A DNA stretch of 64,000 nucleotides, taken from positions 2,248,835 to 2,312,834 of the forward strand of contig CM082597.2 of NCBI GenBank assembly GCA_040954595.2. Reading direction: 5' to 3'. Made by a program: the position numbers and the translations under genes. This DNA comes from Balanoglossus misakiensis. Its lineage: Eukaryota > Animalia > Hemichordata. Positions 15,130 to 29,700 of this stretch are shown piece by piece. Each line of letters opens with the position of its first letter. Position 1 is the stretch's first letter. A model generated the notes under the pieces. It saw only the letters and a program-made list of their open reading frames with translations, had not been told where the DNA came from and searched no databases.

Positions 15130-18100
15130 GCCTGTATGTCTGTCGTTCTCGTTCACGCTTACTCGTGTTTGTAGCAAACAGGGGCAAGTGCATACTACTA
15201 ATTTCCTGTCTTCTTTTCTGAGATTCCATCACTAAAAGCGTCGGATTCTTCACATCGTCGATAACAGTGAGAAGACCGCCACTAATGAAGGAAGAAGTGA
15301 AGGACTACACACGGAAATGTGTGCATCAAGTTGATCATCAGACGAACCGACAAGTGGAGGAGGGAACCTCTCCTAACTTACATCTTCGTCTCTCTCGATT
15401 TACAAGTAGCAGTAGATGACATGCGCGACAGACAGCTGGCGCCTGCGCTAAAGGTACTATGTAGAAGTTGCCCTTTCTTCAATTATCCTCTCTGCTCGTC
15501 AGCTCGTCCAAGCGAACCTTAAAAGTGTATGTGGTGAAACCATGAGCAATATTATGAAATAAAAACACTCTGTGCATTCAGGAGAAACGGATTATTATCC
15601 TTCTGGTTTCAGTCATAACAATTCGAGCGTTTCTTTTAATTCACCAGCTTTTAGTTGATTTTTATTCGATCATGCTTGAGAACGTGCAGTAATCCCATCT
15701 GGGTAATAAAATGATTGCAATTATTTAGACATCAAAATAAATTCAGAGAAAGCAACAGAACCAAATTTTGGACTCACACAGGCTGTCTGGTGGCCATATT
15801 GGATCGTATCGCGAAAGCAAACGTAGACATGGCGTCATACGTATGCATGCGTATTGTGCAACTTCCGGAACGAATCTGATGGCGGATGTTTACATTTATC
15901 CGCGTCTATATATTTGACCTTTCAGGTCAAGTTATCGACGCAAAGGTCAGCAAATAAAAATGGCAACAAAGTGACACGCAAATGAGAGCGCAACACGAAC
16001 TGGCATGTAGCCAACAGACCGAGTCATCTGCAGTGAAAGTTGTACCTACAGACTTGAAACCGCAACAAATTCCTGAAGCTGACACGCCATTCATATCAGC
16101 AGAATAAAAGGACCAGAATAATGACACCGTGTACAAGTGTACACCATTGAATGAATTCACGTGTACATGTACCCAAAGCCATCCAGATCGACGAATATCA
16201 ATTTGACGAAATTAGAAAATCACACAGGAGAAAATCTTTTACATTGGACATGTTCCGAGTGGAAAACATGTGGGCATAGTATGGGCCCCGCGCCATACGG
16301 TATCGAGCTGTAGTAATCAAGGGGCTTTCATGTACCGTTATATAATCGCATGCCCAAATAACTGAAAATCAAGTAACCGCATGGCAACTACATTCATGGG
16401 CCTACGTTAATGAAACTTGATACAAAATGTGAATTTCTTACAAGATAATTCAATAGCTCTCCTTACCTTAATTCGAACCAACAACGTTTCTCCACTCATC
16501 CAGACAGACGATGCGTGTGATATCCCATCCATCGCGAAAGTGGCGATGCTAATAAAATGGCGTGTACAAGCGTGTGAAAGCACCTGGTGACACTATGATG
16601 CGTTGCGGCATTCTCAACCAATGGGAATCTCTGTGCACATACCTGCAGCATACACGTCCTGAACGTTAATTGGCTGACAGGGAGGTAGGGGTCACTTCGT
16701 GAGGGGTCAATCAAATGTTTAATAGAAAGGGGTACATGATGACGACTCCCTAAGTCAGGAGACACTGAGAAACATCGCGACGAGGGGGTGGTCGAAAATG
16801 AGCGAATAAGGACGGACCCTAGTGTAAAGGCAGTAAAAGAAATACATGAATGCAGTAACTTGCATTCTCCCCTGTAGAATTAACTCACATTTGTACTTGT
16901 CGTGATGCCGATAAATAATGAATCAGAATCTTTGTTTGTGCTCAGCATTCACCTTTAAGTTAAATGTCATCGTTCGTCATTTCTCTTCTCGTTGTTTGTG
17001 TGTTAAACATCAATTATGGAACGTTTGTATCGGGATATTCTGCCGATAACATTCCGTGGGCGACGCTTTTATGGCGCCAAATCCTCATATCTGAATGCCT
17101 GATCGTCTGCCAAAATGACAATGACAAAAAACCTTTCGAAGTTTTACGTGTCGTGATCAGGACATTAAGGTTGCCATATCCGCTTCATCTCCAGCCTCTT
17201 CTAGTTGCTATGACAACTGATTCCATCGGTAATTTTGTCATATATATTTTTCACCGAGGAAAACAATCAGATGGTGTATTGCTCTTGGCGACAAGACGTG
17301 CATTGCAGATGGTTTTGTGACCTGCACGGGCTATCGCCTTTTACCTTAGATGCATCCCCCGATAGCCACGATTTTCACACAAAATCGTTGCAATTCAGTA
17401 AGGCTTGTTCGTACCAGCTTCGCAACTACAACTTATTCATGAACCAGGAAGTACTTCCGTCAGTGCGTCGGGCGAATGATCATCAGCGCACGCGCGTACC
17501 CGTAGTTCCACACTTCCGCTATGACGCAATTTCCTTTACTGTATTTTATCCCGTGGTTAGCCAAGGGCGGAAATTCAAAATCGTACAAATTGATATTTGA
17601 TGGTTAAACACAACTTTATTAAAACAGACTAACAAACGACCTAGATTAATCTACAAATGCATCAAAGAGGAAATGTTCAATGTCGTAAATAATAAAACAT
17701 GCAAATAACACATGTACATGTTAAGTTTAATCTTGATTAAATATATATGGCAATTTTCAAAGATAAATATTTATATATGAGTGATAGCCGTAAACTGGCA
17801 GTTGTCCCTGTAATGATGGTACACATCTGTTTTGTGGTGAAATTGCAGAGTTCAGTCTTCCTGTATCGTGATAAAAGAAGTGTTCTTTGACCATGCAGTT
17901 CACAAAAACTATTCAAGTACAGAATTCAGGCGGCAACATGTCCTTAAACATCAGAACGAAATATACCCGCCTTTTTATATGAACACGTGAAATGTAATTG
18001 AGTCGATACCGACTTGATATGAACATTTTCACACAAACCGTTGAAAAATAGAAACAATTCTGGTAGTAAAGTCTTTTCTTACGTCGAATGACGTGTGTCG

Positions 18101-21100
18101 TACTCAAACAATCCCGCCTTCCCCCATGATATCCGTCGTTATTAACGTTTTTTCATTCCTTTGAAATAATTTCCAAATAAGGAAAACAAATTTTTTTTTT
18201 TCAATTTTCGAGGAACATGAAACAAAATATTTTGACGCGAACGCACTTTAACAAACACATTCTAAACTTGAAAGATGTGCAACTGCGCAGTCGTAGTACT
18301 GGTAAAGACAAAAGGTAAATTATCAGTTACAAGGACTCATCCAAAAATGGTACAAATATCTTAAAGGGGTCACCTAGTAAATTTTGATCATACTGTATGG
18401 ATATGAATGTAGAAATAGGTCTTTACAAAACCTTCTTCTTTTTTCTGCACCAATACTGACTTAAGAGGAATTTGGTGTCCTGTTTTTATCAGTATTATCC
18501 CACTATAATGTAGGCCTAACAGTTCTCTTGCGACCTTGCCGAATGAATATAAACGGAGGCCCGTCGTCATGGCAATGTATAATTACGACGCTTTCTAAAC
18601 ATTAGTGATAATATTGCGAACATCAACTTTAACAAAGTCCCTCCATAGAACGTTATTCGTGTTAATCTATTATCAATTTTTACAAAAAATGACATTTTCT
18701 TTATATCGTTAACGGTAAATATTATTCATGTTACTTCTTTAGATTATTCTGGTTCCCGGGCCAATTCTGGCGACGCGCGCACGAACGCCTCCCTTGGAAA
18801 CTATCGTTGTATTCTCTCAATAGACGAGTTATGGCAACTGAAAAACGAGCTAGTGGACTCGTACAGTGTGGGCGTTTCAAGAACGGAAGATTGACATTTT
18901 TGCTTTTATGCCCAAATTGATTTTTTTCCCCGCATATCCTGTTCCGTATCAAAGCTGTAATACTGAGCGTTGGCGTATTCGTTCATTTGTTGGGGATCAT
19001 TTGAAATATGGCGATGCACGAAACGATTGTAGGCGAAGCCTTTCAAGGAATAAGCTTACTTCATATTTGGTCTCATCAGTCACATTTTGTTGTGATTTTT
19101 TTTCTATAATATATTCATATAACGCCGGCGTGTATGAAGCTGTCTTTCAAACCATCGCGTGACACAAAGCACGGCATTCAGACAGAAATGTCGTAGCAGT
19201 TCATTGAACTCTTTCATCAAAACCGGGCGAACAGATCCGGCATAAACAATCGATTCGTCTCTGATCAAAATTACAGAACAAATTTGCCGCGCATTAAACA
19301 CTTTAATGCAAGTCTACAGAGCCATTTAATGGATGGTATGGCATCGACCCCGCAAGCCCAGGTCCAATTATGTCAGCCAGGCTTCGATTATTTCTCGACA
19401 AGATCATTAATTACTTGTCGTACGGATATGTCGGCCATGTTTGTTTTGTAAATTTAAACTTACACATCGTTGGTGAAGTACAATGGATTAAACCAGCCCC
19501 CGGAAAATGTCACCAACTAGAAAACTTGCAAAAGGGTGTCAAATTTGCATATAAGCGATCAATTGTTATTTCACAGCTGGCGGGAAATTTTCTCGCCACA
19601 AATTCTCGTTCGCCGTCGGTTTTCAATAAGTAGCATGTTTAATTTGGATCAGCTGTGTTGTACTAATTTCAGGTAATGCATTTATGGTGCCTGGGAGTTT
19701 TAAATTTACGAGGTTACTGATAAATTCGCCGTCTTGTTTTTCGACGAAATGGAATGCGAGGTATAAATGGCGACCTTATGTAACACTGATGAGGGTTATC
19801 ATTCTGCGCAAATGGATTTTGCTACTCGCAGATACCGACCAATTGAACCTATGTTGGTTTAACCAAAACATTGCCATTAATTTGCCAACTATAGAAGGGC
19901 ACCAACTAAGGGTGGTTGGTTTTGGCCAAAACTCGCCTTAAAAGAATCGTGAACTTCCGGCGAGAGGAAAATCGGAAAATGGGAGGCCTCTCTCCTCGAT
20001 TCGGCGAGAACAACATACGACACGTCCCTGAAAGGTTCCGCGTTGCCATAGAAACGCGGTAATACAATAAATGTGCTGTAGATGAGATAATGCAGTTAAG
20101 CGCGTTAGAAGCTAACTTCGTTTTTTGGTCATCCGCCCGAACTTTGGAAAATCGGTTGTACCGGGTCAAGTGGTGGCATTACTGTATCGCTGAGATGTAA
20201 ATTTGAGATTTTTTAAATGAAATTTTTTTTCAAACATTCACGTCTCGTTTTAGCAAAAGTCGATAGTAATTTATGTTCATGATCGATAGGAGGATGTTAA
20301 AAGATTATCATGATGATCGTGTCGGCTGTCGGCAGGCTTGTAATGAAACGCAACACAGACTATTTTAAGTAAAGACACGACACAGATTGATATGAAGGTA
20401 ACCTAAACTTTCTGAGTAAAATGCCAAAGAGATATAAGTTGCGTAGGTCGTCTGCTGTTCTCGATAAGAACTCTGCGAGGCATTAACTGAAACCCGGCAC
20501 GTCAGACATGTAATTGCGATAATTCAATGTCTTTTTAGCTATGACGTCAAATTTATGACGTATGTGTTCAAAAGTACAATCTGCCGTATTTATGTCGTAT
20601 TTGACTGATGATACAATCGGCCGCGTGGTGCTGTTTTCATTAATGACATGCGTGAAAATGCCGCCTGAATGTTGGAATAACAGGCTGCGGAATCCGCACT
20701 TTCTGATCAAGTATAATTTTTGTCACGCAGGTTTTGTTATCTGTTGTGGTATCAAAGCTCCCTAGTCTGAGGCAACTTTTGCACCTGGGGGCTCATCTCA
20801 CTATAGAAAATCAGAAGGCAGTGGATTTCAGCGGTAACATTTTCACCTCGTGCGAACTAGGCGTCGAGTTCTGGTGTGTGGAAATGGAGAGTTTTTATGC
20901 AGCTCTTGACATAAAAACTCTCCATTTTGGACCATCATCTCGACGGGTTGCCTATCGAGAAACCAGCAGACGACAAGTTGAGGCAATAACTGTCCCCGTA
21001 ACACTAGTAACAGAAAAAAAAACTTAAAACACAACATAGCCCAATAATCTCTAAAGATCACACACAAATGATTCTAAAAAGACGATTTTTGTGAAATGTT

Positions 21101-22090
21101 AAAATGTGTCGTCCGTTCCTAAAATGTGATGTTCGACACGCACCGATAAAATGGCCGACAAGCTCTCGGCAGCTACGACACGTTGCCTTGGATTTTCAGA
21201 TTAGCGTGACTAGCGTTCTCCTCGAAACCTTTCAATCCATAGAGTGTCCATTAAAACTGAACAAGATCTAGAAAGGTTTTATAGCCGTGAAAAAAACCTG
21301 TCATACTTGTGACAGAGAAAACCAATCAGACAGACGACAGTAGGCTCCATCGCCAAACAGATTGTGTCGACTTTTTAGACGCGTGATGGATTTTGCGTGA
21401 TAAAGGTCAACTAGACATCAAACAGGCTAGTTTACAGACATTTTAAGCAGGTAATGTATACAACACACTACATAACGGTTATTTGAAGTGTTTGTAGAAA
21501 GAGAAACAGACGAGGCTTTGGCGTTGCGTGATGAATATTTTCATATCCTGGCGACGAACGCCGTGTCGTCGCACGCGAGGAAATAACCCCTTTCAAATCA
21601 GTCGTTCGCTACTCCATCAATACACACACTCTCCGGCTCTTGTGCGTCAAATCTGCGGCATACGTGCGCCAGATATTGTGAGTCCATGCGCTAGTTTTGA
21701 ATTCACCAGGTCGCTGTCATATAACAGACGTCTCACGGCGATCAATATCATATTATTAGGCGGCTTGCAAACAGATTATTGTCGACGACAATCATCTCTT
21801 CAAAATCAGTCTTCCAACTCGCTTTAGATATTTCGGCTCAGGAATAGCACCTTAATTACTAGTATCACCGGGGATACTGCTCAACTAAATCACCCAGTAT
21901 ATTGAAAAACCGGAACTAAATGTTGCCGTTGCCATCCGATTGGGTGATATAAGCTTAACTTCGCAATGAGCACTGGCAAAAATTCGCCGATTTAAAATGA
22001 AACCTAAAGGGTATTAAAATGTGTTTCAAAAGCATCGAAGTGAAATCACTTTGGGTTGTCCTATTTCTGGTGGATTTTTTTGCTCAAAAT

Positions 22091-24160
22091 TCATTCCTTG
22101 CTATCCTGTTTTCTGATGTACCTGCATTCCTTTATGTCTTCCATCATCTCCGACAGACTCTGTTTGTTCCTGTCGGATGGTCCCATCCCACCCTCGGGCA
22201 GGGACTGTGCGCGCGAGAGCTGGGAACGCCGGCCATCCTTCAGATCATCCATCTCCTGGGAGCTGAGTTTTTTAAGTTGCGCGATGGAGCGCGCCGGGCG
22301 TTGCTGTCCCTCGCGCCCGGAGCCCGAGCGAGATCCCTGACCGGTGCGGGGACGATCGGCCAGGGCCGTCCCGGGGCGAGATGCCGCCGAGTCCGGTCGT
22401 TGTGGAGGCGGGTTGCTCGTGAAGGGGGTCCCGCGGTTTTTCTGCGACCCGCTTCGTTCCAGTTTCGATTCCATGATGTTCAAGTCTTTCGGTGATGTCG
22501 GGGTGCTCGGCTCGGAGGAGTCGGAATCTTTACTCGAAGATGCCCGAATGGTTTTCCCGTTCGCTGTTATCACAGGGTACGACGGCAGAAGACCATCGCT
22601 GCCTCTTTCGCGAAAAATGCGTCGTGCGTGAAGCTTTGATAAGCGCTGAGTTGGCGGTAGCTCCTTCGGGGGAGTTGGCGAGCTCAGGTGATGCAAATCT
22701 TCTTCGTTCTCAAATTCAAAATCACGACTTGGATGTCTCTGGGCAGAAACCTTGCAATTATCGTCCACGGTTAAACAGGTCCGAGCGCTTGTTTCCTCTA
22801 CGCCTGCGCTGTTCTCGATCGAGCGCGAACTACAATCGTGACTGTTGTAAGCCTTTCCACAACCCTCCTCTGCTATCAACGCAGCCTTATTTCCCAATGG
22901 AAGCTGACCTAGCTTCGCTGTCTTTTCTATCGGCAGATCGCGTATCCATAGCAACGTTTCATTTGCATGAGAGCCAGCAACATCACTTCGATTATAAGAG
23001 AACTCTCCGCGCATGCTCACTGCGGCCGAATCCAAATTGTTCTTTGTAAACAGGCTCTCAGGTCCCTGTAAATCAATCTCTCCGTCTGTTGAATCTAATG
23101 AAGCGCGAGCGGAATTCCCATCGCTAAATTTCTCGCCCAATTTTCCTAAAGGCGATGCTTTGTCCTTGGCCAGGCGTGAAGCCTCATCCCTATTGTTAAC
23201 GCTGCAATTTAAAGTGATGATTTCGTCAATGAGGCTGTCCACGTCACCCTCACTTGCAGACCGTAGCGGGCGATCTTTCATTTTCAGCGGCTTCAGGCGA
23301 AATGCTTTTCTCGTCGGGTGCTTCTGGCGGTACAGGTCCAAGATCTGTTTTTCCTTTCGCTCGAGTTCGCCAGAAGGGGCGTTTTTCTCAGTTGCCGAAT
23401 CGTTCGACAGCCTACGGTGTCTAGGAACAAAATGGCCGACATTATCTGTAAAACTTTTCTCCTTCTTTGTCTCAGAAGTCCTATGTTTATTGTCGTGACT
23501 GAGATCAGAAAAACGACTACAGTCAATGCTGTCCGGTGATTCGGGACTTGACTTAAGGCTCGGTCCCTTGCTTGCGCTTTCTCTATTTGTAGCACTTTCC
23601 GACGACGAGTACAGTTTTCTGGCCGACAAGATCTGTGGTTCGGGGCGCCCTCTCGAAACACCATTCGTGTCAGAATTATCGCTGGACACTCTGCATATCC
23701 TACCGTGTGAACTCGACGGACGAGTTGGCCGAGACCTTGGACTGTTGCCACTTTCTGTATTTTCTGAGGAAAGGGCCGCTGGAGTTCGTCTGCCGTATGA
23801 AGATTTTGGTCGAACTAATTTTTTCCCGACGCTGACATCTGAGAACGCCTTTGAGTCTTTTTCGCTGATATCGTTGTCGTTGCAGTCGTAGGTGCCTTGT
23901 TGCGCAAGCGCTCTGCGTGGACGCCCATACGACGATGCTGGCCGAGTCGACTGCTCGCCGCTATGCCAGGCATTTTCCCGAGAACTGTACCTGTCGTCAA
24001 CTCTAGGGTCTGAACGATGGCGTCCATACGAGCTTATCGGTCGTTCCCTGCTCGGCTGCCGCTCGGGTTCATGACTGCCCTCACTCGGTGAACCTTTATT
24101 CATGGCGAAGGACGCCGAGTTGAGTTCTCCTTGCTCATACGAAATGATATTTTCACTCAT
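22091..24160 (-). CDS. Uncharacterised 689-aa Ser/Arg/Pro-rich, probably disordered protein encoded by a single coding exon
   Basis: 2070-nt stop-free frame from the ATG at 24160; the track's TTG start at 24196 directly follows an in-frame TAG. An acceptor (tattttgttgacag) at 24261 implies a 5' UTR intron. Four RPxSS(Y/H)GR repeats; C-terminus ...EDIKECRYIRKQDSKE. No recognisable domain. Confidence 0.8.
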   Translation of the reverse strand: MSENIISYEQGELNSASFAMNKGSPSEGSHEPERQPSRERPISSYGRHRSDPRVDDRYSSRENAWHSGEQSTRPASSYGRPRRALAQQGTYDCNDNDISEKDSKAFSDVSVGKKLVRPKSSYGRRTPAALSSENTESGNSPRSRPTRPSSSHGRICRVSSDNSDTNGVSRGRPEPQILSARKLYSSSESATNRESASKGPSLKSSPESPDSIDCSRFSDLSHDNKHRTSETKKEKSFTDNVGHFVPRHRRLSNDSATEKNAPSGELERKEKQILDLYRQKHPTRKAFRLKPLKMKDRPLRSASEGDVDSLIDEIITLNCSVNNRDEASRLAKDKASPLGKLGEKFSDGNSARASLDSTDGEIDLQGPESLFTKNNLDSAAVSMRGEFSYNRSDVAGSHANETLLWIRDLPIEKTAKLGQLPLGNKAALIAEEGCGKAYNSHDCSSRSIENSAGVEETSARTCLTVDDNCKVSAQRHPSRDFEFENEEDLHHLSSPTPPKELPPTQRLSKLHARRIFRERGSDGLLPSYPVITANGKTIRASSSKDSDSSEPSTPTSPKDLNIMESKLERSGSQKNRGTPFTSNPPPQRPDSAASRPGTALADRPRTGQGSRSGSGREGQQRPARSIAQLKKLSSQEMDDLKDGRRSQLSRAQSLPEGGMGPSDRNKQSLSEMMEDIKECRYIRKQDSKE

Positions 24161-25595
24161 GATTCCGCTCCCCTCCCCACAGCTCAAGTGCGTCAACTAT
24201 CTATATCGCCCTCTACGACCATTTGTGGGTGTCTCTCTTCCTTGGTTGATCGGCGTCTACCTGTCAACAAAATACGAATAAAAATGTATGTTGAAATCAT
24301 ATGCTGTTCAACATATATTTTGTTACCAAGAAGACACTCAAGATAGTGAACAACCCGTATTTCCCTATTGTCATAAGACTCGTTACATATAATAAAAATA
24401 ATTAATATAAAATTTTGCAGGTCTTATATCTCTGCAAATCTGTACTCCAAGGTATATTAACCTGTAATTTGATTAAATCATAATTTTTATATCACTAATC
24501 AGTAAATACTCTGGTGTGAATATGTCCGGGCAAAATGTACAATACCGACAAACGTTAACACCAAGATCAAAAAGTCATTAAAACAACAATGTCGTCATCA
24601 CAATACGACCAGAATACAAATTGGTCAACGGCTTAGCCCACTGTAATGTATTGGTAATAAAGATGCAATTTGAAGAGAACATCTGATTCAAATCTCCTCC
24701 CCTAATCCCCCGTCCCCTCTCAATAACAGAAATCTCCTCTAAGAGCCCTCGATCAAGTCATCATTAGCGATTGACAGAACGATTCCCCAGTGCGCCAACG
24801 ATATCAGTAGATTTCTTAACGCCACAGTTGCTTGTAAATCTTCGCACTGCGGCGTCGACATTTTCATTCAGATGGAACTAGGTCATCAACCAATGATAGA
24901 GCGTTCAAATTTTGAAGACGACACGCGCGAACAGTAATTTCAATATGCCAAGTGCGTACGGCCTAATTTAGCGAAAAACATATCATTACCGTCACGCAAA
25001 TATAATAGGGTTGCCATGGATATTGTTATTATCACAGTGCGACAGGAAAGCAATTATGCATTTAGAAGTGTTCTGGCTGAATTATGAAAGGTTTTGAGTC
25101 CACTTTCAGGTCATCGAGATCAAATTCGTAGAGGCTTTATGGTATGATTATGTATTAATCTCTATGCCAGTGCTACTTAAAGTTTAATCATGTTGAAAAT
25201 TACCGGCGACGAGAGAAACTTGAACTGAATCAGGTGAATGTAAACGGAAAGAAAAATCATCATAGCTAGAGAAAATCACTGGAGAAAATAACGCGTCTCT
25301 TTCGATCGCTCAACACAAACATGTCGCCCGTCAGTAATTGGCGTGTCTTTCCGATCGTTGAACACGAACACTGTCGCCATTAGGGTTCAACATTCACGGA
25401 AAAAATAACTCAGGCATCATTGCTACCTTGACCCAGATTCCGGTCCGCAACAGAAAGATCAGCTACTTCATCCTTGCTCCGTCAAGAGGAGATTACCGCA
25501 GCCGGAAATTTCCCTCGTAATCACAAGCTGATGGAAATTACTTCCAATTGAATTACAATTATATTAGTCCATAGCTGAGTCGCTCTCCACAAAAT

Positions 25596-25646
25596 AGAGG
25601 AATTACTTGAGCAGACTATAGAGAGGAATTACTTGAGCAGACTATA
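25596..25646. repeat. Tandem duplication, 2 copies of AGAGGAATTACTTGAGCAGACTATA (period 26)
   Basis: Directly visible. Confidence 0.9.
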
Positions 25647-26736
25647 TGCGTAAATATACAACATTTCTCCCAACAAGTTTTGTTCAGTGGAACGAATATC
25701 TTTCCTTGTTCTACTTAAGTTTGGATCGTCCGGAAATCCCAGTACGTACAGTTGGCGTATATATTTTGCCATTTCTGAATATTGAGCCCGTGTGCAGATT
25801 TAATTAATCTACACGTACTTTGTTGCATGTAACACTAACAGCTCAATTTATAGATTTATAAATATATCACAAATAATTGGAAGTGTCCAAATTATAATGC
25901 TTCGTTTCATAGGATAAAGAATGTGACATATTTTACCAATAGACATGGTAAGAATTATCTGTACATATTCTACAATACAAATAATGGCAACACACATAAA
26001 CTAGGTGGTCCTACAACAACGTTGGCAGTTAAAAGTTTACGACGAACGGACGCCAAATTGCCATGATTTTATTTTGATTAATCTGAGCCCTTCAGGAGAA
26101 GTAGACGACGCAATTAAACTGTCAATCACAGTGGACTATGCGATAAAATGTTCCTCCTGAACGAGATGTGACGTCACCCCTCGGATTACCCCGCCAGGCA
26201 AGCTCATCGCGAAGGTCAACCTATGAATATTGTATTGTACAGTAAGAAATATCTCTGTTTCTCTGTATCAGATGAAAAGATACAGGTGGCGTCAAATCGT
26301 CCTGCTCCGGAATATAAACTTGCACAATAATACACAGCTATCAATGATGAATTAATAATCGCGATCAATACATACATCTACTTTATCAATTTTCAGGAAA
26401 TTCTGCATATAGCTTAGTCAAGAAAACTTGCATTCAATCGTATTGTCACGACGTTTTCTTTTGAGAAAACAAAGTCAGGAAATATGTCTATCCTTGGAAA
26501 ACCATTGGACGCAAAACGCTGACACTGCGCTTTAAATTTCAAGAGCTTCCCAAGTGACCCCAATTTCGAGTGCGCTGGCACTTACAAAAGGAGTTTCTGA
26601 CATTCTACAATTCTAATAATGATAGCGCTTTTAACATTACCAGTGGTACATCCTTGAGGAATAGTAGAGGTTAATCATCTTCTGGCGGTCTTTATTGGGG
26701 CACTGTATGCATGGGTGTTAGACAGAAACCCTGGCA

Positions 26737-29700
26737 TGCTCAGAGGGAGATGAAGTATTTATCGTTAAAGGCTGAATCGAAGCGGCTGAGTTGGGCGATG
26801 AGTAAGCTCTCAAGATACTGGATTCTGCGCAAAGCTGGTGCGCAGAGGAGAGTTGTCCTGCAAATGCAGACAGTGTCGTTCACACGACGTTTTTCTCTGA
26901 CTTTCAGAAAAATATCGATGAATATCGATGAAATGCGAGGTCAGCATAATAAAAATCCTGATATCAAAATGACAACACAGCGACGAGTCTTTTCAATAAG
27001 ATCCTATCTTTCACACTCGAGTTCCGCCATGGAACAACATGCTGCCTAATTATTGATATAGCATATATATATTTGATGTATGTAGATGTATTTAATGAAA
27101 AAATGATGACTAAACCATCGATCCATCAATATCCCGAAGCACCGTCGCCCCTTATCTAAGAACCCGTTCTGCCTTTTGTGTGTGTCATTCAATACAATTT
27201 GAATATGTGTTGATGTATATGAATTGCATGTTCGTACGTCACAACGAGTAACGATATCAGTTGATCCACGGATATTCTACCCTGAAGAAATACAGCAATA
27301 CAACTCGTGTGAATACGTTCCTCTCGATTGCAATCAAATCGACGCATCTGGTGAAAACTGTGACTGACAGCTACATATCCGTTTTCAATTGCAAAACGAA
27401 CAATTATTAAAACGTTCACAATACAAAGAATATAAGTAGGAATCTATATTTATCTCAAGATTAGTATAATCATCTGCACCGGATCAAACTCTGTTGTGTG
27501 GATAGTCATGTTCCAAATTTCAAAAGCAGAATTCAAGAATAGTTCCTGGAAAACTATTGACTAATATTCCTTTATCCACGCTTTTTAATAGCAATTTTCT
27601 GCAAGACTTTGAATATAAGTTCATTTTCTACTGGCACACGTATCCACGGAACTTCAACTCTGTGAATGTGAATATTTGTTCCCTGTGGCAGTAATCACGT
27701 GATACCAACGATGCTGTTGCAAAAATATGCCAGCAGGTTTTATCGATTTCTGTCTATTTACACACCAACTTGCAAAGACAGAATGTTATCATGGCAGGGC
27801 GGAGATTTTTTATATTCCATGTAACGCGCAGTAGGCCAAGTTAAAATGACGTTGATATAGCATTACCGCACTCAAATTCTAAAAGCCTCATAAACTAATA
27901 TTTCGAGTCAATTTGCAAAAATTACCCCAAGTCCATTACACAACATTACATCGGAGACGACCTATAGATTATTGTATACGTGGCAGTTTGCTTGTAGGAT
28001 TGTAAATCTATAGTCGTTACATAAATGATGTACTGCGTCGGACATAATCATAGTTTATAATCGTGTAGAACACCCCAGGCAAAGGATTTAGGTTAATTTT
28101 TCAAAATCTTCAACAACGTCAAATGGACGTGACTTAAAGATTTGTTTTTGAATATGGCAGATTTCCCATGGCGACACTTAACTTGAAATCCAATAAATAT
28201 TAAAAGTATCATAAATATAATATATGTCCACTGTTCTCATTTTCTGCCTGGCGACAACATTATATATACTTGGCCTCCTTCATCTATATTTAACGAATTC
28301 ACAATGCTGTGATTTTCACATATATCCGCTTACATCTTCCTACTGATGTACTTTGAGGATATGGTTTAAAGGGGTGCGAGATAAAGTCCTTTAAATCCTT
28401 TTCCATCCTCTGTGTATTGCTCCATGTTTGCCGTGTGTTGATGTGCTCTAGATACCAACACGACGCAAGGATAAATGCTTCCTGTTTTCCAAGAAAATCA
28501 GTCATCAAATGATAATTAGTCTACCAACACAAGAGACAAGTTCCAATCAACGGATTCGAATAAGAAAAACAATACTATTCTGTCTTAACATAAAAAAAAT
28601 AACGAGAAAGAGAAAGATGGTGCCTCCATCCTTCTAATGGACACACAAAACAGTTATGCTGCACGTTATTTACTGAGTGACAGATGTTCAGGATCGAGGA
28701 GTAATGTATACCCATTACTGACATTAAAATATACAATATGGTTTTTGCTAATGACAACTGTTATGTTACTATCATGGAAATACATTTAAAATACTAGGTT
28801 TGCTTTTTCAAACATGAAAAGAAGAAAGACGATGTCTATTAACCCTGGAAAATAATTTCGTCTTTGATAGTCAAGACGCTGTTGACTGCCACTCGGAAAA
28901 GCGTGGTGCTCCAGGGAGTGTGTGTGCAGCAACGGGCGTGGGCCAGGCTAATGGCGCGCTGTCTGTTTCGACGGACCGGATGAAATTAGCGTCTCCGCGC
29001 CTACCCACGCTGCCAGCGTCAGCTTAAACCGATCAGCATAATCAACGAGCGTACCAGCTGTTTCCTCTAAAAACCATTGTTGGTTTGTTGTCCGCTTGAA
29101 CGCGCACGCTTGTTGTAGTTGTAGCAATAATTCTGCCCTGTAGTTCACGATGCTGAACATCGGAAACACGACCATGCATTGAAGATTTAGATCGATCGAA
29201 CAATGACTGTGCATGACTGTATACCCAGAAGTCAGGGTCGCAGCAATTTGAATTGCGAAGGTTTTATATAAAGTGCCCGCAAAGGCGATAAAATGGATAT
29301 TTTATGCGTGTAATATTCCTATATTATGCTAAACTGAACCGGGTCATGTTCGAATCAATGAATGATGACAGTAGAAGTAGTAACAGGAGTGTATATTAGT
29401 ATTTAGTTGTAGTATTTTTGTTGTTGTACAATAATAGTACTAGTATACAGTGTAACACACACACACTCTCTGTCTCTCTGCCTCTGTCTCCCTCTCTCTC
29501 TCACACGCACAATAATTCAATGATACCATTTGGCAATCAACCGTGTCTGACCATGTCTGCATCACCTGAAGGCATGAAGAGACAATAGCCAATATTTGAT
29601 ACACGCCGGATGAGGGTTGTTTAATTTATTAGCCAGACCATTTTATGCTATATGTATTTCCAATTAATGTAAAATACATTAGATCGACTTACCACCAGCC

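Noticed and set aside
18361-21300. Possible large TTAA/Kolobok-like DNA transposon starting ttaaagggg
   Set aside because: I could not find a matching opposite terminus or a transposase ORF.
22019-24346. Several plus-strand ORFs of 60-185 aa
   Set aside because: They are antisense shadows of the 689-aa minus-strand ORF.
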